Assembly (NCBI RefSeq): GCF_000143415.4
Contig: NW_003314499.1
Coordinates: 1 to 25,291, forward strand
DNA: 25,291 bases
Direction of reading: 5' to 3'
From: Selaginella moellendorffii
Lineage: Eukaryota > Plantae > Lycopodiophyta
Of this stretch, positions 19,787 through 25,291 are shown in pieces (the stretch's first letter is position 1; each line of letters opens with the position of its first letter). Both the position numbers and the translations under genes were made by a program. The notes below the pieces were generated by a model that saw only the letters and a program-made list of their open reading frames with translations, did no database searches and was not told where the DNA came from.

Positions 19787-22265
19787 CTGCTCTCGCTGTG
19801 TAAACTCCTTGAGTAGAACAAGATCGCCATTCTGGAATGGTTTGGCAGAACGTTGGTGATCAATGACTGACTTGATCTTCAGCTTGCCTCAAAGTAGATG
19901 TTCCAATGTGGATCGTTGCTATTCTTTCAAGGCAAGAACCTCCAAGTCACGTGCATGAAGCTTGTCCCCATCACTAAGCTGCATCATTGCTGCGTATCGA
20001 AGTGAAAGTGAGAGTGATGGCACCTGGATCTCCACTGAAAGCACGGTCTCTATCCCATAGACAAGGGAGAATGGGGTTGCAGAGATGGATGTCTTGAAGG
20101 GGGTCTAAAAGGCCCACAATGCCGTAACCAAGTGCTTGTGCTAGTGCCTTGGGTGATCCTCCACAAGCTTTGAGATGACTGTCTTCAATATCTTGTTGCT
20201 GGACTTTGCCTAGCCATTGCACTCAAGATAATAGCTGCTACTCTTCATGTGCTTGACCTGCAACTGCTGGAGAAGATGCTACATCACCTATCTAAGGAAG
20301 CCGTTGCCGCGATCGGAAATCAAAACAGCAGGAACTCTAAATCGGCAAATGATGTACTTGTAGACAAACTTTGCTGTAGACTGTTGATCTGGCTATCGTA
20401 GAGGGTGGCCTCAACCCATTTTGTGAAATAGTCCATTGCCACGATGATGTATCGCTGTCCTTTTGAGCTCGGTGGGTTTTTTCGGGCCGACGAAGTCAAG
20501 TCCCCACTGGAAAAAGGGACCCAGAGAAGTGATGAGCTGGAAAGGAAGATGTGGAACATGGCTCCGGGGGTTGAACCATTGGCACTGCTCACACGCCTTT
20601 GCATAGGCCAAGCTGTCCTGGTGAATCCGAGGCCAAAAGTAGCCATGGCGCAAGAGGAGCTGTGCTGTGACCTATCCCAAGAAATGCCCCGCACAAGAGT
20701 GGAAAGCGCAAAGGAGCTCAAGGACCTCGTGTTCCCCCACACACTGCAACAAAACTTCCTGAGAAGTCCTCCTGTAAAGGTGTCCGTCGAGAAGGCAAAA
20801 CCCCCATGCTTGGATCTCCAATGCCTTTTGTTTCACGGGTGAGGAATCTGTTGGGAACTGACCTGAATCCAAGGTGTAAACAGCAAGGTGTAAACAACAA
20901 CCACTGCTTCTTATTCCGCATCCACGTACTTCTTCTCAGTCTCCTTGAATGAATGTGAGGCATAGTATGTTGCATGTGGTGGTTTGCCAGGCTGTGAACA
21001 TTGGCAAAGGCATACTCCAAAAGCCTCTGTACCCATTGTGATGTAAATGTCAAAAGGAAGTTGACGCTCTGGTGGTTGGAGTACTGGGGCTGTGCGGAGT
21101 GACTACTTCAGTGATTCAAAGGCTTGTTGCTGGGACTCACCCTAGACAAATGGAACATTGTGTTGTAGCAGAGCTATCAAAGGCCGTGTATATGCAGCAT
21201 AGTTGTGGAGGAAACGGTGAAAGAAACCCGTTTGCCCGAGGAAGCTGCGAAGCTGCTTCAAGTTGGTTGGTGGGTTACGATCTAGAATCTCCTGCACCTT
21301 GGCTACCTGGGGCTTGATCCCATCCTGTGAGACATCAAAGCCTAGTAACCAGCCTTCAATCACCCTAAATTTACATTTTGCCGGGTTCAATGAAAACCTG
21401 TGTTGTCGGCAGCAAGTGAAGATCTGTTCCAAGTGCATAAGGTGATCCTCAAAGGAGTAAAAGGTCATGCATAGATCATCCATATACACCCTCAAGGTGC
21501 CTTCAATCAAGTTGTGAAAGGCGTGGGTCATAAAGCGCTGAAAAGTAGCTCCGGCATTACACAAGCCAAATGGGAGGACATTGAAAGCAAAGACACCCCA
21601 AGGTGTCTAGAAGGCCATAAGATCTCAATGATCCGGATGAATGAAGATCTGGTTGTACCTTGAAAAGCCATCCATGAAAGAGTAGTACCAGTGTCCAGCC
21701 ATCTCATCCACAATCGCATCGATAAATGGAGTCGAAAAGTGATCTTTTGAAGTTGCCTTGTTCAAGTCTCGAAAGTCAACGTAGAGGCGAAGTTTTCCAT
21801 TTGCCTTGCATGCAAGGACGAGATTTGCCACCCACTTGGAGCTCTCCAAGGGGTAAATAAAGCCGGCTGCCAGAAGTCGCTCGATCTCCAACGTCATCTC
21901 GGAGTGAGCTGCCAGGCTAAAACGCCACATCTTTTAACAGACTGGTTTGGCTGACTCTGAAAGCATAATACTGTGCATGATCGTGTCCATGGGAACTCCT
22001 AGAAGCTGGCTGTAGTCCCAAGGGAACACGTCCTTGAAACAGTGAAGGAGATCCAAGAGCTTTGTTGCGTTCGTTGAAGCAAGCAATGTGGCGATAAAGA
22101 CTGGGTCCTTGTCATCACCTAGGAAAATGGCATGAACCCTGGAGTCTGGAGAAACCTTGGGCTCAGGGGGCTCATCTATTTTTGATTCCTCCCTAACCTT
22201 GGAAACCAAAGAGTAGGGAGTGCCTTTTGCCTCTCGCATCATGGTGATTGCTTGATGTGATAACC
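19785..22265 (-). pseudogene. Decayed non-chromovirus Ty3/gypsy pol (Athila/Tat-like group; RT, partial RNase H, integrase), element D
   Basis: KWVANLVLACKANGKLRLYVDFRDLNKAT, YYSFMDGFSRYNQI, CNAGATFQR, VYMDD, GYFWP..ACEQCQ, PFFQWGLDFVGP, YIIVAMDYFTKWVEA, FGVPAVLISDRG, TPFSLVYG. Confidence 0.93.
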
Positions 22266-23170
22266 TGTAGCGCACGTGGTTTTGACCCTTTATCCTATGG
22301 TGATTTACCATAGGATAACCCCATGAAGCGGAACCTAAACTTTTTGGACCAGCATGCAAAACAGAGCAAAACGAAGTTTGGCACTATTTCGGCATACCAG
22401 TGGCCTAACGGGAGGACATGGGTACTCCACAAGCTAGCATGGTGTGGAGCTTGGGCTTAGACCCAAGCCGGACGCAGAACAAGGACAGGCACGCAAGTGG
22501 GAGCTAGATTATGCCTCAGGTTGGTCGACCATACCCAACCTACCCACTATCCCTACTATACATTTGGAACCCCCCACAGCCCCCCCCCCCCCTTGAGGAA
22601 CACATGCTTTGGGCTTTCACCCCAAGCCTCCCTTAGTATCAGGAGTTAGTCTCTGGGACAAGCTCGAAACTTACTAAATATGGAATGTTCTTAGATTGTG
22701 AATTTGGACACGGGACGAACACTATTGTGTTCAGGACGATCTCTACATTCCATAGATATGCCAAATGTGCAAATCTGGACCCTTTCCATAAATAGCATTT
22801 GGGACCAAAATGAGACCAACATTAAGGGTATGATAGTGAGGGTGTTTGGCAGACACGGTAAGCTGTCATTTAGCGATATTAAGGGACCAATCTCAATATC
22901 GTGGGGGTTCTTGACACTAGCAAGTGCAAGCCAATGACAGGAGTTTCTCAAACCAGGCCGAGTATGCTCAGCAAGAAATACATAGGGTTCATACCTTATG
23001 TTCATCCGATCTAAGTACACGGTCATTGACCAGTTTCTCAACTAGCTCAAGTGGGAAACTGATAACGGGTCCAGCAATACCGACCTCTTGCCATCGTGGC
23101 AATAAGGTAAGAGTGTCCGTAAGGACTAGCTGACAGGTAACTTTCAATACCCGAAGTCACATTCGCGACA
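22266..23170 (-). repeat. 3' LTR of an LTR-A element (905 bp), inserted into element D
   Basis: TGTAG...CGACA on the + strand; colinear with the solo copies but lacking about 240 bp. Adjacent to a PPT. Confidence 0.92.
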
Positions 23171-23182
23171 CTCTCCCCACCT
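23171..23182 (-). promoter_or_regulatory. Polypurine tract of the LTR-A element (Galadriel-like 3' junction)
   Basis: The minus strand reads GACGAGGACGTCGATCTTCCCTAGGTGGGGAGAG|TGTCGCG, resembling plant Galadriel-type chromovirus 3' ends as recalled. Confidence 0.8.
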
Positions 23183-25291
23183 AGGGAAGATCGACGTCCT
23201 CGTCGATGCACACTCGAGTCTAGAATACCGCCAAGAAAACAACTCTAGAAAAAAAGTTCACAGTATTCACACTATGTGAGAAATGTACCAACTTAAATGA
23301 GTTAGGAGGCAACCTCTTTGTCTAACACGGATGCGCTACCAGCTTAGGAAATGACCAATGGAGTCAGCCACCCTTGCTGCTCTGGGTGTCACCCAGCTTA
23401 CAAAAGTGTGATACGCCCCTGCCTGCAGGGACATAGAAAGAGAAGCCAAAGGCCCCAACCCTCATAAGCAAAGAAACTAAACCCGTCGGTAAGGTTTAGA
23501 TAGACTACTGTAAACAGGCAATTAGAGTTGTTTACACGGTCACGCCCTTTCAACAGAATAAGGAACATCGACAGAGAGGTGGGTTATGTGACCAGTCGAC
23601 AGTAGCTACCCCATGACTAGAAATTTCACATGCACACGAAGTGCTGAAGCCAGTTTGCCCAATATTGGCCCAAACTCAAAGATCAATAGATGGACAATAT
23701 CAAAGTCATAGACAATGATATCTTAGGGTTATAATTATCAGTGAATAAATCTTAGATTAGAACACAAAAGTATTCCAAAGAAGTTATCATCCGATAAACT
23801 AGTATTATAGTATAGGAACCACCAAGATCATCATAATTGGTAAACATAGGAAGCACCATCCAACAAAATTCAATAGCCAGTGTATCATCAAGGAAACTCA
23901 ATAATGAAAACTTAACTATAGAAGATTGCAGACAGAATGCCAAACAACTTACGAAAGAGAACTCAAAGAACACAAAGTATCATCGACTGGCAAGCAAAAT
24001 GCTTGCAAATGTATCACCCGAAGGAAATAACATCCCAATCTATCAGAACGAACTCAACAATGATCAACATAACAGAATGAATGTTTCAAAACCAACAAAC
24101 ATAGCATTCATGCCAACCATCGCACTAGCCAAACTAAATAGATCTCAGTTAACAATACAAAGGAACTCAAGTTGCCTAAGCAAGTGTCAGCCACATTCTA
24201 CTGACGTCTTAAACCCAAGAGACCAATCTAGAGTAAACCACAAGAAATATGTGGTATTGTGAAAAACCAGAACCCATCAAAGAGAACAACTAACTATCAT
24301 AAAAGATCATCAATCATCCCATCAATAAAGAGATGCATAATCGTTGTATAAGAAAGAATCTACCATCCCGAAGAACAACAATTCATTCTATACCAACAAT
24401 AATCAAGTAAAACCTTTTGACAAGGATAATCAACTATCCTAGATGATAGTCAATCTTCACCAATGATTGCTAGATGCAAAAGCCAACTTCAACATCGAAG
24501 CTAATAAGCCAAAATGCCTTCCCCAATACTCCTGAGCAAATGGGGCAATGAGCATAAAAAAACTCAAGGAACCAAAAGCTCAAAGAAGCCTATAGCTAAG
24601 GTGTGCCTAACAATGATCACAAGTTTTGCATAAATTAACTTCAATGCTAAAGAAGAAACCATGGTGCAACCCACAATATCTTCCTCAACACATTCATAAG
24701 CCAGACTTTATAATGCCAAAACTAATGAAGAGCATGTTTGCATCAATCTAAAAGCTAAGCATAACAAAGCTATGCTCGACAAATGATCACCAAACGATCC
24801 TCTATGAATCCATCTATAGCAAGACGTAAACTTCATAACAAGCACAAGAAGAATCATCAAGGATTGATATATTCCAACTCAAACCTAATAAGGATTCAAA
24901 CTTTCCAATATCGATCACTAACTCTTTCGCTTGTAGAGTTAGCATAGTCATGACTGAATCACTTTTCAAGGAAAAACTAGAGCTCAACCCTTACTAAATA
25001 ATCTCGTCTAAAACACAACTAACTCAAATTTGCCACTTAGTTCATTTGAACGTCAACATAGTTGCAAACTAACAAATGCACGAATGCTAATAACACAAAG
25101 TCATGGCCAAATCATCAACACTATCTATATCGAGAGTAATGAAACTCAATATTAACCCTAAGGATAGACATCTCATCTCACTTGAATCTCAACATCAATA
25201 ATATCAATGACAAGGCATCACTTCAATGCCATCAACACCATAACAAAGCTAGAAGAAAGCAAAAGTGAATCACCACTCAAAGCCCTCTAGC
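23183..25291 (-). mobile_element. Non-coding internal region of the LTR-A element (non-autonomous, LARD-like), running off the window
   Basis: Lies upstream of the PPT where integrase/chromodomain is expected, but has no pol ORF and is strongly T/G-rich on the element's sense strand. An unrelated insertion cannot be excluded. Confidence 0.5.

Noticed and set aside
22266-23610. Retrozyme / hammerhead ribozyme, suggested by the Galadriel-like PPT and the GTCC-GTAA-GGAC stem
   Set aside because: No CUGANGA...GAAA core flanks the stem on either strand, and the LTRs are about 1 kb, longer than typical retrozyme LTRs.
23837-24262. 141-aa ORF as a real gene
   Set aside because: N/K/Q/S-rich composition reflects the A-rich, T-poor strand with few stop codons; TTG start and no recognisable domain.

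Overview
This window is eukaryotic, plant-type DNA (tRNA-Met and tRNA-Ala primer-binding sites, plant Ty3/gypsy and L1 motifs, CCCTAAA repeats). It is almost entirely a nest of decayed transposable elements, with one assembly gap (6972-7372) and no intact host gene. Contents: several Ty3/gypsy fragments (chromovirus-like and non-chromovirus-like), a partial L1-type LINE ORF2, four copies of one LTR family ('LTR-A'; two are solo LTRs, one with an exact and one with a 4/5 5-bp target-site duplication (TSD)), and a decayed SWIM zinc-finger fragment. The most distinctive feature is a 3.36-kb DNA transposon (11199-14558) with both ends intact: perfect 24-bp terminal inverted repeats (TIRs) and a CTAG 4-bp TSD. 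It encodes the C-terminal part of a Sola/DUF7869-like DDD transposase followed by a possible Tudor/BAH-like domain. It carries 9 clear and about 2 weak copies of a 24-bp palindrome (consensus AATGGCATGAGGCCTCATGCCATT), two of which lie in-frame in the inferred coding exon. It sits immediately beside the TATA box of a ~176-bp LTR that is followed by a tRNA-Ala PBS. All family assignments come from motif recognition by eye, not database searches.
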